Made by a program: the position numbers and the translations under genes. Below the pieces are notes generated by a model that worked only from the letters and a program-made list of their open reading frames with translations, was not told the DNA's origin and made no database searches. Positions 62,895 to 64,000 of a stretch of 64,000 nt of DNA are shown here, piece by piece (the stretch's first letter is position 1; every line of letters begins with the position of its first letter). The stretch is from Bacteroidota bacterium (GTDB lineage: Bacteria > Bacteroidota > Bacteroidia > Chitinophagales > JADIYW01), in assembly GCA_016705125.1 (NCBI GenBank), contig JADIYW010000002.1, positions 73,081 through 137,080 on the forward strand. Direction: 5' to 3'.

Positions 62895-64000
62895 ATGAAT
62901 TTTTTAGATAGAATAATTGCAGATTTTCAACATTTTTGGTGGTTGTATTTATCAATGCCAATTATTGCAGCCATTATTGGATATGGTACAAAAATAGTGG
63001 CCATTAAAATGATGTTTGAGCCAATAGAATTTTTTGGTATAAAACCGTTTTTGGGTTGGCAAGGCATTATCCCGAGGAAAGCTGCCACCATGGCAACTAT
63101 AGCTTGCGACACCCTTACTTCAAGATTAATAACGCCGAAAGAAATTTTTTCAAGGCTTGACCCTAAAAGAGTATCGGAAGTTTTGGAAAAACCAATGATG
63201 GAAGTGGTAGAACAGATTACGCACGAAGTAATGCATCAATATCAACCCGGACTATGGGAATCCATACCTGAAAATATGCGTAAATTGTTGATTAAAAGAA
63301 TTCAAGCCGATTCTCCAGCTATGGTTCAATCGCTAATGGAAAAAACGAAAGACAATCTCGATGAGGTGTTTGACTTGAAGGATATGGTTATCACTAATTT
63401 GGTAAAGGATAAAAAATTACTAAATAAAATCTTCAAAGAGTCTGGTGATCAAGAGTTTAAATTTATTCAAAATTCAGGTATTTATTTCGGATTTTTAATC
63501 GGATTAGTTCAAATGGTTGTATGGATTTTAACACACAACCCAATCATCATGCCTATTTTTGGTTTATTTACTGGTTGGTTTACCGATTGGTTGGCACTAA
63601 AAATGATTTTCGCTCCTCAACAACCAAAAAAATATTTGGGCATTTTTACATGGCAAGGATTATTTTTCAAAAGACAAAAAGAAGTGGCTGCTGCTTATGG
63701 CGCATTAATTGCCCAGGAAGTATTGACGCCAAGTAATATGATTGAATCCATTTTAAAGGGAAAATTATCTGATAATTTATTTGAAATGATACAAAAAAAT
63801 GTGCAAAAAATGGTAGATGAACAGTCTGGTATGTTAAAACCAATTGTAGTATTTGCCGTTGGAAGTGGAAGATATAAGGAAATGAAAGATCTCGTTACCG
63901 AAAAGATAGTACAACAAATGCCAAAAGCATTAAAGCACATGGAACAATATGCGGAAGATGCTATGGATATTAAAAATACATTAGTAACCAAAATGCAAGA
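62895..64000 (+). CDS. DUF445 family membrane protein (3' truncated by window edge; not in the ORF track)
   Basis: ATG 62895: MNFLDRIIADFQHFWWLYLSMPIIAAIIGYGTK.VAIKMMFEP...WQGIIPRKA; second GWFTDWLALKMIF.P motif; frame open to the window end. Confidence 0.88.
   Translation, partial: MNFLDRIIADFQHFWWLYLSMPIIAAIIGYGTKIVAIKMMFEPIEFFGIKPFLGWQGIIPRKAATMATIACDTLTSRLITPKEIFSRLDPKRVSEVLEKPMMEVVEQITHEVMHQYQPGLWESIPENMRKLLIKRIQADSPAMVQSLMEKTKDNLDEVFDLKDMVITNLVKDKKLLNKIFKESGDQEFKFIQNSGIYFGFLIGLVQMVVWILTHNPIIMPIFGLFTGWFTDWLALKMIFAPQQPKKYLGIFTWQGLFFKRQKEVAAAYGALIAQEVLTPSNMIESILKGKLSDNLFEMIQKNVQKMVDEQSGMLKPIVVFAVGSGRYKEMKDLVTEKIVQQMPKALKHMEQYAEDAMDIKNTLVTKMQ

Overview
AT-rich (about 30% GC by eye) Bacteroidota chromosomal window; the assignment rests on TAnnTTTG promoters, a T9SS C-terminal sorting domain and DUF5686/DUF4783/DUF1573 genes. 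The left half is a rearranged amino-acid supercluster. trpE-trpG-X-trpD-trpC-[insert]-trpF-trpB-trpA-hisH-hisA-[insert]-hisF-X-hisIE runs on the minus strand, and hisG-hisD-hisC-hisB runs divergently on the plus strand. trpE is preceded by a leader-peptide/terminator attenuator. The rest is mainly housekeeping (rocD, glpK, pruA, DEAD-box helicase, fused 2-oxoacid dehydrogenase E1, PadR-PspC, nadC, gpmI, hisS, thrC, hemN), with lipoproteins, lipid hydrolases and a small accessory islet (REP-like element, DUF4304-like gene, overlapping nucleotidyltransferase gene pair). At least six genes are broken by single-base indels, nearly all in homopolymer runs, and hisIE has an in-frame TAA; this suggests residual assembly error. 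The best leads are: (1) three related all-helical cytoplasmic proteins, two of them back-to-back with a lipoprotein gene or a promoter-terminator sRNA unit; (2) a lipoprotein ending in a hydrophobic 4-Cys helical hairpin; (3) a 60-aa ORF overlapping a nucleotidyltransferase by 50 nt; (4) several apparently leaderless promoters. I saw no rRNA, tRNA, CRISPR array, transposase or integrase.
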